Shown here: positions 51,584 to 62,104 of the stretch, piece after piece
How the letters are laid out: the number at the start of each line of letters is the position of its first letter
Numbering within the stretch: position 1 is the first letter of the stretch
Source: an uncultured Nitrososphaerota archaeon
GTDB lineage: Archaea; Thermoproteota; Nitrososphaeria; Nitrososphaerales; CADDZS01
Assembly (NCBI GenBank): GCA_963799845.1
Contig: CAWCYI010000006.1
Location: forward strand, 384,001-448,000
DNA: 64,000 nucleotides
Reading direction: 5' to 3'
Notes under the pieces: model-generated
The model's input: the letters and a program-made list of their open reading frames with translations, nothing else
Database searches by the model: none
Told to the model about the DNA's origin: nothing
Translations under genes and position numbers: made by a program

Positions 51584-52120
51584 TTACTTGAGAGAGACCC
51601 TGGTCAATCTTTCTTCTGGCTTTGCCTCTCTCTTAGGGACCTTGATTTCCAAAATCCCGTCTTTCATTTGTCCTTCGACTTTGGATGGATTGACTTCTTC
51701 AGGAAAGCCGACTACCCTCTCGAAAGAGGAATAGGCCCGTTCCCTGTGAATGTAGTTCTTTCCCTTTTGCTCGGTCTGATTCTTCGATTCTGCTCTGATG
51801 ATCAACCCTTCCTTGTTCACCTGCACATCAACGGCATCCTTGCTGAAGCCCGGAAGCTCTGCTGTGACTAGATATTCGTCTCCGTTGTCCACCAGATCTA
51901 CAAAGGCGTATCTCGTTGGGAGTTCGTTCATTGACCCTGGTAACGTCGTAAGAGGAGTAAACGGCGCTAGCATTTCGTTGAAAGAATTTCGGAATTCGTC
52001 GAAAATATTGTCGAAGCCTCTTGCAAGGCCTGTTGCGGGCGCATTCGCCGCTGCGATGCCCGTCCCAGGGGTGACTGGTAAAACCGGACTCTTCTTGCTG
52101 CTTGAACTTCTGCTACTCAT
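51584..52120 (-). CDS. hsp20: Small heat-shock protein (Hsp20/alpha-crystallin)
   Basis: AELPGF.K, RERAYSSFER and DGILEIKVPK motifs. Confidence 0.93.
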   Translation of the reverse strand: MSSRSSSSKKSPVLPVTPGTGIAAANAPATGLARGFDNIFDEFRNSFNEMLAPFTPLTTLPGSMNELPTRYAFVDLVDNGDEYLVTAELPGFSKDAVDVQVNKEGLIIRAESKNQTEQKGKNYIHRERAYSSFERVVGFPEEVNPSKVEGQMKDGILEIKVPKREAKPEERLTRVSLK

Positions 52121-52267
52121 TAAATTTCACTGGTTGTAATAGGCATTACGTACTATATACACCTATGTCGAGCAACAATGAACCAATATGGTAATTAGAA
52201 GACTCGAGATAGATGGTTTACCCTTTTCCATGACGGAGTCCCTAAGGTCTGAGCTTTCCACTCACAC

Positions 52268-52378
52268 CAATTTTCTTAGATTAAACTTGATAATTCTCAA
52301 AGCAGTGTGTTGATCAGGTTCGAATAATGCAATTCAATTTACCACAGTTGCTTGTTTTATTGCCTCTTGTAGCAAGAA
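52268..52378 (+). repeat. Dispersed intergenic repeat, copy 2
   Basis: Same blocks and orientation as 48790-48888, with small indels. Confidence 0.8.
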
Positions 52379-52542
52379 GGCCTATTTCGTGAGAAGCGAA
52401 GAATTTCCTTTCGTTAGGATTGAGCTTGGACTTCGAAATCAAAGCGTTTACTCGAGGTTTGTCTAAAAGTAGCATCTGTTATTAGAATATTCACATAAGG
52501 GCAAGGAGCGCGGGAAATTTGGCTTTCTCTCGGCTTGATAAG

Positions 52543-52806
52543 TTACTTTTCATTAATGAGATACCCGTGGAGGACTAAAGCCAACAGATATATCCCAAAC
52601 ACGAAAAGCATGGCGCTCAGCTCAGCGTCGATTTGAGGATGCTGGTACGTCTGCCCCAGCCCGAGCACTTGATAGTAAACGAAGTATCCCCCGATTATCA
52701 TGACACCAACAAAAAATGACCAAAGTATGATGATTCGTCCATTTTTGGGGTCAGACCTAAGAGTCCTCAGCAATGCGTATCTCTCGTCCTTTCGGCGGTT
52801 ATCCAT
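52543..52806 (-). CDS. Small two-TM membrane protein
   Basis: Basic N-terminus and two hydrophobic helices. Confidence 0.55.
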   Translation of the reverse strand: MDNRRKDERYALLRTLRSDPKNGRIIILWSFFVGVMIIGGYFVYYQVLGLGQTYQHPQIDAELSAMLFVFGIYLLALVLHGYLINEK

Positions 52807-52936
52807 TACACCTAAATCTAAAGATTTAAGGAAATGGTAAAAACTCTCGGACCCGTTCTTATTCTAATAAAAGCCCGGCTGATTTTGCTTCCAAATGCCT
52901 GGCGAATTATTTGCAATCGGAGAATAAATTCCGGCT

Positions 52937-53863
52937 TTGAAATCTGATGTAAAAAGGAGATCAAGGAGAGGCATCCCCACTGAAATCCGACTCTCTGCCG
53001 TGGAGGGAGATCGCATATACTGTGGTGATTGTCTGAATGTTTTGTCGGGATTTCCAGCTTCATCAATAGACCTCATTTACCTTGATCCGCCCTTTTTTTC
53101 CGGGAAAGAATACGAAATTAAATCAAAAAATAGACACGATCAAGGCTTCGACGATCGCTGGAAGGGCGGGATTCACACATATCTCGCTTGGATGAAGGAA
53201 AGGCTCATTCAATGCCACCGGGTGTTGAAAGAAACCGGTTCCATGTACGTACACTGCAATTGGTATGCAAATGCCCATCTTAGGATTTTGCTGGACGAAA
53301 TATTTGACCATGAAATAAGATGCGAGATTGTCTGGGACAAGGGATTCAGGGGCACAGAACGACACAGGAACTGGCAACAATCTCATGACACGATACTATT
53401 CTACACGAAGACCGACTGCTACACTTGGAATGAGCAATTCCAAGAATATGCTGACCGGGAGCTTAAACGATACAACAAGGTCGATGTCGGGAATCGGAGG
53501 TTTGCCCTAATCAAAAGGAGAAGAGGCGATGGTTCAGTATATTATGGCAAGACGTATCCGAAATCCAGAGGAAAAAGGATGAACGACATAATTCGTGTGC
53601 CCGTCCTTTCTGCAACTTCGAGAGAGCGCTTAGGCTATCCCACTCAAAAACCCGAGAGACTATTGGAAATTTTGATCGGAGCATCTACGAATGTTGGCAA
53701 CATTGTTTTGGATCCTTTTTGCGGTAGCGGTACTACGATTGCTGTCGCCGAGAATTTAGATAGAAAATGGATTGGCATTGACATATCGAGATCCGCATGC
53801 GAGATCACGCTGGCAAGGTTGCAAAGATCAGCGGATTCTCTAATAATTCCAGCACATGCCTAA
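52937..53863 (+). CDS. Orphan beta-class N4/N6 DNA methyltransferase
   Basis: DLIYLDPPF precedes YPTQKP and DPFCGSGTT. Confidence 0.92.
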   Translation: MKSDVKRRSRRGIPTEIRLSAVEGDRIYCGDCLNVLSGFPASSIDLIYLDPPFFSGKEYEIKSKNRHDQGFDDRWKGGIHTYLAWMKERLIQCHRVLKETGSMYVHCNWYANAHLRILLDEIFDHEIRCEIVWDKGFRGTERHRNWQQSHDTILFYTKTDCYTWNEQFQEYADRELKRYNKVDVGNRRFALIKRRRGDGSVYYGKTYPKSRGKRMNDIIRVPVLSATSRERLGYPTQKPERLLEILIGASTNVGNIVLDPFCGSGTTIAVAENLDRKWIGIDISRSACEITLARLQRSADSLIIPAHA

Positions 53864-54657
53864 ACCTCCCTCCAGCGCGCTTTCGTGCTCGCGATAAGGA
53901 AGAGCGCGACGCTAACGAGAATGAGTATGATCCAGTCCGTCTCAATTGTCGTTAAGGGAAGCGCAAGGTATCCACCAACGTTTTGGGCGAGCTCGGCTGC
54001 GTAGGTCGTCGGAGACAAATACGCGAGGTATCTGAACGGGAGCGGAATGTAGGAAATCGGATAGTAAACAGGCGGGATGGTCGAGAAGAGTGTTGACAAG
54101 AGTCTTGAAAATGCAAAACTCTGGACAATGTCGCTCGAAAAAGTGGCAAAAGTGTAGCCGACCGCGACGGATGCAACAAACATCAATGCCAGAATTGCCA
54201 GAAATTCAAGCGCGGCGATAATTGTAAAATGAATGTAGATTGCGGCTAGCACTCCTAGAACCGCAATTGCGGGAGTCGAGTAAACAAGTTCCGAAGTGGC
54301 CATGCCCAGCAGGTAGATCTGCCACGGGGTAGGAGAACTAACAACCATGTCCTGCAACTTGAAGTCGTTCTTCAGGTGTGATAGATCCGATTGAAGGGAC
54401 ATCCCGCTGGAAAACATGCTCATGATGAAACTGCCTTCAATCGCTACACCGAGAAGTTTGCCTTGACTGACAAACGTGATCAAGACTAGAAACGAGAGAG
54501 GAGACAGCACCGTGTTGATGAGCACCACAGGATAGTTCCGCATCTCGTACAGGGAATTCACGAGTACAGCTGCGAAAAATTGGCTGAACCTGCTTCTTCG
54601 GTGCCTAGGCTCGCTCTGCTTCTCTTCTTCCTTCTTCCTCTCTTCCGTTATCTCCAA
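53860..54657 (-). CDS. ABC-2 type transporter permease
   Basis: Six TM segments, PVYYP and SPTTYA motifs; overlaps the ATPase gene. Confidence 0.88.
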   Translation of the reverse strand: MEITEERKKEEEKQSEPRHRRSRFSQFFAAVLVNSLYEMRNYPVVLINTVLSPLSFLVLITFVSQGKLLGVAIEGSFIMSMFSSGMSLQSDLSHLKNDFKLQDMVVSSPTPWQIYLLGMATSELVYSTPAIAVLGVLAAIYIHFTIIAALEFLAILALMFVASVAVGYTFATFSSDIVQSFAFSRLLSTLFSTIPPVYYPISYIPLPFRYLAYLSPTTYAAELAQNVGGYLALPLTTIETDWIILILVSVALFLIASTKARWREV

Positions 54658-55579
54658 TTCTTTCGCCTCCTACCTTGTTAACGAAGTAGAAGAAAATATC
54701 ATCCAATGTTACCGGGTTGATCGTGAACTTGAACCCGCCCCTCGACAATTCTCTCGACAAACGGAACGCCTCATCCTCGGTGGTTAGAATCCTGTAGCCG
54801 TCGGGCCCCTTCACCACTTCTCCATTCTTCACAGTTGGCGTCGATAATCTAGGATCAAGCGGGATGTTCATGCTGTAGTTGTAACTCACGCTCTGTCGAA
54901 GCTCTTCCATCGTACCTAGCTGTATCAATTTGCCCCGATCGAGTATCCCTATCTCGTCGGCGAGTGCCTCTGCCTCTTCCAGATAGTGCGTCGTCAAGAA
55001 AGTGAATCTCTCTTTTCCAACGCTTCGAAGGAAGTCCCAGAACTCTCTCCTCGAGATAGGATCCAATCCCGTTGTCGGTTCGTCCAGAAATATTATTTCG
55101 GCCTCGGACGCCATGACTGTCGCTACCAGCACTTTCCTTCTGTTTCCGCCCGACAGAGTCCTGTTGAGAGAATTGGCGTACGAAGCGATCCCGAGCTTTT
55201 CGAGCGCCCTCATTGCCCTCCGCCTTGCTTCGCCATACCCAAATCCCCGCCACATCAAGTACGATGATATGGTCTGTAAAGGCGTCATCCACGGGACCGC
55301 CCTCGCTTCTTGCGGGACCATTGCGATCTTTTCCCTTAGGATCGCAGGATCTCTCTGCACGTCTATTCCATCGATTGTGGCCGTACCCGATGTGGATTCG
55401 AGTTCAGTTGCGAGGATTCTCACGAGCGTGGTTTTTCCGGATCCATTCCTGCCAATGAGAACGAATATTCCTCTGGCCGGAACCGAAAATGTAACCGAGT
55501 CAAGAGCTTTTCTGTGTCCGTCGTGATAGACTTTTGTCAACCTATCACAGGAAAGCAGACGGTCACTTTGAGCAGTCAT
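54605..55579 (-). CDS. ABC transporter ATP-binding protein (DrrA-like)
   Basis: GRNGSGKTT, LSGG, LDEPTTGLD and TTHY motifs. Confidence 0.95.
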   Translation of the reverse strand: MTAQSDRLLSCDRLTKVYHDGHRKALDSVTFSVPARGIFVLIGRNGSGKTTLVRILATELESTSGTATIDGIDVQRDPAILREKIAMVPQEARAVPWMTPLQTISSYLMWRGFGYGEARRRAMRALEKLGIASYANSLNRTLSGGNRRKVLVATVMASEAEIIFLDEPTTGLDPISRREFWDFLRSVGKERFTFLTTHYLEEAEALADEIGILDRGKLIQLGTMEELRQSVSYNYSMNIPLDPRLSTPTVKNGEVVKGPDGYRILTTEDEAFRLSRELSRGGFKFTINPVTLDDIFFYFVNKVGGERIGDNGREEEGRREAERA

Positions 55580-55691
55580 TATGATTTGGATTGAATATTC
55601 ATAGTTCTTCCTTGTAAATAACTCGTTAGGTTGAAGTTTCCCTCATTTAGTCTGTGGAATGGAAATCAATGTCGTAATTACATACAACGAC

Positions 55692-56687
55692 TCATGGTGA
55701 TTCCTCGACTCTCTTCAAAATTCCCAATGACCTCAAGGTAATCCACTTGCTCGGTCTTCCCTCACGTTCGAGAGCAAATCTCCTCGGCCTTTTTTCTTTC
55801 AAAATGTAATCAGCACCGGGACCCAGATCGGGATGTATCGCATCAAGCCCCCACGAACCATTCGCAAGGCGCTTTTTCTTCAAGTACTTTAGGGCGTAAT
55901 CGAGTCGCTTGTCGCCTGCGAAACCGAGCGAAGTAATCACGCCAAGACCGACTAGGATGTCGTAATAGTAATGATTTGGATAATGGAATCTGAACCAGGG
56001 TTCGTACCTCCTCCCCTCTTTGTAAAGGCCCCGCTCCAGGTAAAATTCTGCGCCCCTTTCGATAGATCTGGCGATGCTCTTCGTTCTTTTCGCCTTAGGT
56101 AAAGATGCAAACGCGGCCAGCGCTTCCCAGCAGTCTAGAGTTCCAGTGTCTGACTTGAAACAGTGCCAGCCCCCGTCTTCCTTCTGATCGTTAGCAAGCC
56201 ATCTGAAGATTCTTTTGACTCTAGGATCGTCGCCATAGCCGAAACGAGTTAGCATCCTGGCTAGGTTTCCAGACTGACAGACCTCGCCTTCGCTCTCAAA
56301 TTTATCTTCGTCCCGGAGCCAGTGTTGGAAGAAAAGCTGGCATCCATTCTCCAACCTCTTGTCATCTTGAAAATGCAATCCAAAATCGGAAAGAACAATC
56401 ATCCTCCAGTTCGAAGCAGTGTACTTTGGTCTGTAGAGGTCCCTTATCGATTCCCAGTTCCCTTCGGGTTTTTGTTTAGCTAGAATGTCACGAACCCAGC
56501 CTTTCTTCAAAATATTCGAATGGGACTCGCGCACATCGGGATCGGAGTCTTTCCGGTCTAGCAGCGATCGTAAAGTAAAGTACCGGACAACAGGTTGGTT
56601 AGGCTCGAGCAGCCAGTCCTGGAGTTTTTTCTCGATTTCCAAGATTCCCTGTGAAACGTGGATTTTCCTCTGAATAAGATTTCCCAT
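55692..56687 (-). CDS. Prenyltransferase/squalene-cyclase-repeat alpha-toroid protein
   Basis: QKPEGNW, QKEDGGW and NGSW repeats; GRPSKWIT. Confidence 0.75.
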   Translation of the reverse strand: MGNLIQRKIHVSQGILEIEKKLQDWLLEPNQPVVRYFTLRSLLDRKDSDPDVRESHSNILKKGWVRDILAKQKPEGNWESIRDLYRPKYTASNWRMIVLSDFGLHFQDDKRLENGCQLFFQHWLRDEDKFESEGEVCQSGNLARMLTRFGYGDDPRVKRIFRWLANDQKEDGGWHCFKSDTGTLDCWEALAAFASLPKAKRTKSIARSIERGAEFYLERGLYKEGRRYEPWFRFHYPNHYYYDILVGLGVITSLGFAGDKRLDYALKYLKKKRLANGSWGLDAIHPDLGPGADYILKEKRPRRFALEREGRPSKWITLRSLGILKRVEESP

Positions 56688-56904
56688 GTCTATGCGTTCG
56701 GTAATGCTTGTTAGAGTCAAGATATCTCTAATGTTTGACAATTGGCTTTGAGAACAAATATATGAGGAGAATTTTGAAAGGATCGTTGATTTGCGGTTCA
56801 TAATAGCCTGGGATTAGTCGTGATATTCCTCTTGCAACGTTCAGGTTTCCTGTTAATTTCAATTTAGCATTCAATTGCATGATATCTAATTCTTTTCGAA
56901 AAAC

Positions 56905-57870
56905 TTGGCAACCGGTTGGGAAGAAGATTTGTCCTTCGATTCAACTGTGCGCGAGATTGAGGCGCAAGTAAAAGACATCCCGGATTACCTGCAGTTTCTA
57001 GACTCAATGAGCTGGGAAAAAATCAAACCAGAGCACGCGATTTTAGTTGGCGCCGGAGATTCCCTCGCATGTACCAACTTTATCGAGCGTTTGACGAGCT
57101 TCTCGGCAAAATCTCTTGACCCTTACGACCTGCTGCAGAATTATAGTATCGCAACCGGGAAAATCGTGTACTTCATTTCAGTATCGGGTAGGACGAGGTC
57201 GAACGTCGAAGCCGCGAAGCGGATAAAGAAATTGGCAAAGACCACCATTGCAGTCACTGTGAATCCCGAGAGCCCGATAGCGAAAATCTGCTCTGGAGTA
57301 CTACCCTTAAGATTCAGTAAAGATCCGGGTTTGACTCCCGGGACCAACAGTTTCACTGCATCCCTCATGGCTTGTTCTCGAATATTTGGTATGTCTCCAA
57401 GAGACTCGAATCTGGAAGAGACGATCAACCATGCTAAAGAATGGGCATCAAGGCGTTCAGAAATTTCGGGAATGATTCATTTTGTGTCAAGCGGTTGTTT
57501 TTACCCGATCGGGATGTACGGCGCGGCCAAAGTGTTCGAGTTCGCTGGCGAAAAGGCGGATTATCAGTTGACCGAAGAGTTCTCGCACATGAACCTGTTT
57601 TCAATGACCGATGATGATTCCGTCATCATAATAAAAAGTGATGAGAGCGATTCGACCGCGGGCAAATTAAACGAGGAGCTCGTCAATCAGGGCTATGACA
57701 GCCAGATTCTCGACTTCAAATCTGGAAATAATCCATTGGAGCATGCCATATCCTGTGCTATTCATCTTCAGTACCTTGCCCTAAACTTGGCAAAGAGCAA
57801 GGGTTTGAAGCAGCCAGCCTTCCTTCAAAACGACCGGCTGCTCGGAATATCAAACAAGATGATATATTGA
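56905..57870 (+). CDS. SIS-domain sugar isomerase/deglycase-like protein
   Basis: GAGDS, ISVSGRT and EEFSH motifs. Confidence 0.82.
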   Translation: MATGWEEDLSFDSTVREIEAQVKDIPDYLQFLDSMSWEKIKPEHAILVGAGDSLACTNFIERLTSFSAKSLDPYDLLQNYSIATGKIVYFISVSGRTRSNVEAAKRIKKLAKTTIAVTVNPESPIAKICSGVLPLRFSKDPGLTPGTNSFTASLMACSRIFGMSPRDSNLEETINHAKEWASRRSEISGMIHFVSSGCFYPIGMYGAAKVFEFAGEKADYQLTEEFSHMNLFSMTDDDSVIIIKSDESDSTAGKLNEELVNQGYDSQILDFKSGNNPLEHAISCAIHLQYLALNLAKSKGLKQPAFLQNDRLLGISNKMIY

Positions 57871-58643
57871 TGGACGAAAAATTCGAGTTTCCAAAGCTCT
57901 ACACGGAATTTGCAAAGTATTACGATCGTCTGGAGAGCCAGTACAGAGACTATCCGCGAGAATCAGAGTGGTTGATCGCATTACTAAAGGGACACAATTG
58001 TAAGGAGGTGATCGACGTTTCCTGCGGTACCGGCAGCCATCTTGCATTGTTGCAAAAAGAGGATTTCAACCTGTATGGAATCGATGCAAGCAAGCAAATG
58101 ATCCGACTTGCTAAGAGGAAAATGGCTTTCGGAAAAGAAGTGTCCATGATTCTTGCGGACTTTCTTCATGTACCATTCAGACAAGAGGAGTTCGACGCAT
58201 CCTTGTGCATGTATTGGAGCCTCGCTGGACTGAATCAGAATCTGGTAAAGTCTTTGTTTTCAGAAGTTGGTTTCATTCTGAAACCCGGAGGAGTCTTCGT
58301 TTTCGACACCGAGAACTCGGAGGGAATTAAGGAATCTCTCTTGAACTCCCCATTCATCGACGCCTTCTTCGATGATCCTGAAGAAAATTTGGCGGTAATC
58401 CGAGCGAATCTCAGCACGAAGACTGAACGAGATCTGGTAGATTGGCGGGCATACTACTTGTTGGAACAGAGCGGAGTTTCAGAGCTGCGGACCGACCGCA
58501 TGAATCTGCGATTTTATTCAAAGAGCCAGCTGGAACTTCTCTTGAAGGAAACTGGATTCAAGATCTTGCGAGTGTCTTCAATTCCAGATGGAGAGTACAA
58601 AGAAAACTCTCCGACCCTGTACTTTCTCGCGGAAAAGATTTGA
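57867..58643 (+). CDS. Class I SAM-dependent methyltransferase
   Basis: IDVSCGTG and LKPGGVFVFD motifs. Confidence 0.9.
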   Translation: MMDEKFEFPKLYTEFAKYYDRLESQYRDYPRESEWLIALLKGHNCKEVIDVSCGTGSHLALLQKEDFNLYGIDASKQMIRLAKRKMAFGKEVSMILADFLHVPFRQEEFDASLCMYWSLAGLNQNLVKSLFSEVGFILKPGGVFVFDTENSEGIKESLLNSPFIDAFFDDPEENLAVIRANLSTKTERDLVDWRAYYLLEQSGVSELRTDRMNLRFYSKSQLELLLKETGFKILRVSSIPDGEYKENSPTLYFLAEKI

Positions 58644-58647
58644 AATC

Positions 58648-60007
58648 CTAACGAGATTTCTTGCGATTAGTTTCTCCAATCGCCCTTTCAAGTACAGGGA
58701 GCGCTTCGTCAATTAGAGCTCTGGTTATGGTCAGCGGTGGCACTATCCGGAGCGTCGATTTTCCACAAGTGATCATAAGGACACCGTTCTTCCACGTTTT
58801 GGAAACTATTTCATCGACCAGTTCTGGGGCAAAAGCCTTCGACTTCTTGTCCTTAACAATCTCGATTCCGATCATGAGACCCTTTCCTCTGACGTCTCCT
58901 ACGATCTTGTACTTCTCCTTCCACTCTTCGAAGATCTTCATCATGTAATCTCCCTGTTTACGAGCGTTAGCCAGCAGGTCGTTTTTCTGGATAAATTCGA
59001 GTACCGCTAGGCCGGCCGCGGCGGAGACTGGATTACCTCCGAATGTGCTGGCGTGAGAACCCGGTTCCCACGTCATCAAAGACGCGTCAGCTGACGAGGG
59101 CCCCGATCGGCAAGCCGCCCGCGAGAGCCTTCGCCACGGTAACCATGTCTGGAACAACCCCGAAATGTTCTATTCCAAACCACCTGCCAGTCCGACCCAT
59201 TCCTGACTGGACTTCGTCCGCGACAAAAAGTATCCCGTACTTTCTGAATCTCTTGAAAAGTTCCAAAAAATAATCCTCGGGGGGGACTACGTAGCCACCT
59301 TCTCCCTGAATCGATTCAATGAAGAAAGCCGCTACCTCCTCAGGGGGAACGAACTTGTCGAAATACTGTTCTTGAATGTAATCTATGCAGGCAAACCCAC
59401 AGCTCGGGTACTCCAGCTTCAGAGGACAACGATAACAGTAGGGGTACGGCACGTGCTCAACACCAGTTAGAAGTGGAGAGAAACCCTTCACCTGAGCTGG
59501 CTTGCTCGCGGTCAAGGAGACTGTCCCCAGCGTCCTACCGTGAAACGCGCTGGTATACGCGATAAATCTGGGCCTTCTTGTCGAGTAGCGGGCAAGTTTC
59601 ATCGCTGCCTCGTTCGCTTCGGCCCCGGAATTTCCGTAAAATACCTGCCTAGGTTTTCTCTCTCCACCAGGATAGATTTTCGCTAACCGCTCTGCGAGCT
59701 CGTTTATGTTCTCGTAATAAAAGTCAGTGTAAGAATAGTGAGTGAATTTATTGAGCTGATCGGTTGCGGCCTTTACGACCGCCTTGTTTGTAGAACCGAC
59801 GTTCAGGACGGCGATCCCAGAGTTGAAATCAATATACTCATTTCCATCTACGTCCCTGACGACGCAGTCTTTCGCGGACTCGATGACCAGCGGATAATTT
59901 CTTGCGATTGAAGGGGATAGTATCTTTTTTGTCTCGGAGACAATTTTTCTCGCTTTCGGACCGGGTGGGACCGATTTGATCTTGATTACGCTCATTTCTT
60001 TCTTCAT
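58648..60007 (-). CDS. Class III PLP aminotransferase (ornithine/GABA type), frameshift at ~59090
   Basis: SGAEANE, FHGRT, ADEVQSGMGRTG and AKALAGG; HASTFGGNP in the second ORF. Confidence 0.92.
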
Positions 60008-60168
60008 TGCTCCAAAAGTAGAATTCCGGCGAATGCAGCAATACTTTTACGACATCTTGACGCGATCTTAATCATAATATCAGGTCCTACTGCGAACGAT
60101 TATCTATGCAGGATATATAATGAAACCAATCTGTCGGTACATAGGGTCTATTAGGGTGAAGAATTAGT

Positions 60169-61065
60169 TTGCAGAAATCATCCCTCTCACCTAAACCGGA
60201 TTGGCTCAAAGTCAAGATGCCTTCTGGTGAGAATTATAAGAGGCTCAAGATCCTCTCGCAAGATCTGGGACTGCATACAGTGTGCGAGGAAGCTCACTGC
60301 CCGAATATCGGCGAGTGCTGGGGAGGCGGAACTGCCACGTTCATGCTCCTGGGTGACACCTGCACAAGGGGATGCAGGTTCTGCGCAGTGAAAAGTGGGA
60401 ATCCAAACCTTTATGTTGACGAAATGGAACCTGTCAAAGTTGCAATTGCCCTAAAACAAATGGGCCTTTCGTACATCGTTCTTACGTCGGTAGATCGAGA
60501 CGACCTTTCAGATGGAGGGGCTTCTCACTTTGCGCAGACCATCGTGGAGACCAAGAGAAGAAATCCGGAGCTTCTCATTGAGGTTCTCACACCTGATTTC
60601 AAAGGAGATCTCGAGGCGGTGAAGAAAATCGTGGCAGCTCATCCCGATGTCTTCGCCCACAACATCGAAACGGTCGAACGACTACAGCGAAAAGCTCGTG
60701 ACATCCGGGCTGGTTACGCCCAATCGCTAAAAGTCTTGAAAGCAGTAAAAGAATTAGATCAGTCGATTTATACAAAATCTTCGTTGATGCTGGGGCTTGG
60801 CGAGACGGATGAGGAAGTTGTGAGATCAATGCAAGACCTCCGAGATATTGGTGTTGATGTTCTTGCAATTGGGCAATACCTTCGCCCATCCAGCTGGCAT
60901 CTCGAGGTCGAACGGTATGTCCCGCCCTCTAAATTTGAAGAGTTCAGGATTAAAGGTGAATCGATGGGTTTTCGGTATATCGCAAGCGGTCCGCTCGTCA
61001 GGACATCTTACCGAGCCGGCGAATATTTTATGGAAAGCATGATTCGACGAGAGAAAAACAACTAA
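60169..61065 (+). CDS. lipA: Lipoyl synthase
   Basis: CEEAHCPNIGEC, CTRGCRFC and GPLVRTSY motifs. Confidence 0.96.
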   Translation: MQKSSLSPKPDWLKVKMPSGENYKRLKILSQDLGLHTVCEEAHCPNIGECWGGGTATFMLLGDTCTRGCRFCAVKSGNPNLYVDEMEPVKVAIALKQMGLSYIVLTSVDRDDLSDGGASHFAQTIVETKRRNPELLIEVLTPDFKGDLEAVKKIVAAHPDVFAHNIETVERLQRKARDIRAGYAQSLKVLKAVKELDQSIYTKSSLMLGLGETDEEVVRSMQDLRDIGVDVLAIGQYLRPSSWHLEVERYVPPSKFEEFRIKGESMGFRYIASGPLVRTSYRAGEYFMESMIRREKNN

Positions 61066-61093
61066 TCTTTCTTTGGACGGATTGCCTCACAGG

Positions 61094-62104
61094 ATGACCC
61101 AAACCGTAGAAGAAGTTCTGCCAGGAATCTTCAAGATCGTCCTACCGGTTCCAATTTCTTCCCTGAAGAGCGTCTTCGTTTACCTCTTCAGGGATCAAGA
61201 TGAAAACCTGCTGATCGATACTGGCTGGAGCGGAGAAGAATCATGGGACGCTTTGAAATCTGCTTTCGCCGAGATCGGATTCAATGCAAGAGATCTGAAA
61301 AAAATTGTGATCTCTCATTTTCATCCTGATCACTTTGGACTTGCTTCGAGACTGAAAAAAGAAGCCCCAGGCTCTAAGCTAATGATCCATAAATTTGACG
61401 CTGATGTAATACGAGGTTCCAAAGCCGAGTTCGAAAAATTTCTGAACAAACTCAATGATTTCATAGCAATCAACGGTGTCCCGAAATCAGACCTGAGAAA
61501 AATGATGGAGGCGACCGCGCCTTTTGTAAAATACATCGATCCGCCCAAACCCGATATCAGGCTGAGCGGCGGCGAAAAGTTAGCTGTCGGGAAATTCAAA
61601 CTCCAGGTAATCTGGACACCAGGGCATACAAAAGGAAACATCTGTGTTTACGATCTTGGACGGTCACATGCGCTTTTTTCCGGCGATCACGTGTTGCCAA
61701 CTATTACTCCAAACATCTCCCTGACACCGAACTATGACGGCGATCCTCTCGGGGACTATTTAGCTTCGATCAAGGCCATCGGAAGGCTTTCACCCGTGTC
61801 GAAGGTTCTTCCTAGCCACGAGTTCGTATTTGAAAATCTAAGAAAAAGACTCGTAGAAATCAAACGACATCATAAAGAGCGACTAGAGGACGCGCTTCAT
61901 GCTCTAAATTCCGGAAAGGCAATCTCGGCGTATGAAGTTGCCTCGAAGCTCCACTGGTACACCGGTTCATGGGAAAAACTGTCGGCGTGGGAAAAACGGG
62001 CCGCATTGATGGAAACCCTGGCGCACCTAGAGTACCTAGCTAGGAGGAATCAGGTTACGAAAAGTACGAGCGGAAAAAAGGTCTATTTTTCTCATGCAGA
62101 GTGA
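61094..62104 (+). CDS. MBL-fold metallo-hydrolase with C-terminal wHTH-like region
   Basis: SHFHPDH, TPGHT, SGDHVLP and AHLEYL motifs. Confidence 0.88.
   Translation: MTQTVEEVLPGIFKIVLPVPISSLKSVFVYLFRDQDENLLIDTGWSGEESWDALKSAFAEIGFNARDLKKIVISHFHPDHFGLASRLKKEAPGSKLMIHKFDADVIRGSKAEFEKFLNKLNDFIAINGVPKSDLRKMMEATAPFVKYIDPPKPDIRLSGGEKLAVGKFKLQVIWTPGHTKGNICVYDLGRSHALFSGDHVLPTITPNISLTPNYDGDPLGDYLASIKAIGRLSPVSKVLPSHEFVFENLRKRLVEIKRHHKERLEDALHALNSGKAISAYEVASKLHWYTGSWEKLSAWEKRAALMETLAHLEYLARRNQVTKSTSGKKVYFSHAE

Noticed and set aside
39856-53863. Provirus, integron cassette array or integrative element
   Set aside because: No integrase, capsid, replication or transposase gene; ORFs are in mixed orientation with no regular attC-like spacing
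55692-56687. Squalene-hopene cyclase
   Set aside because: About half the expected length, with no DxDD motif; only QW-like repeats
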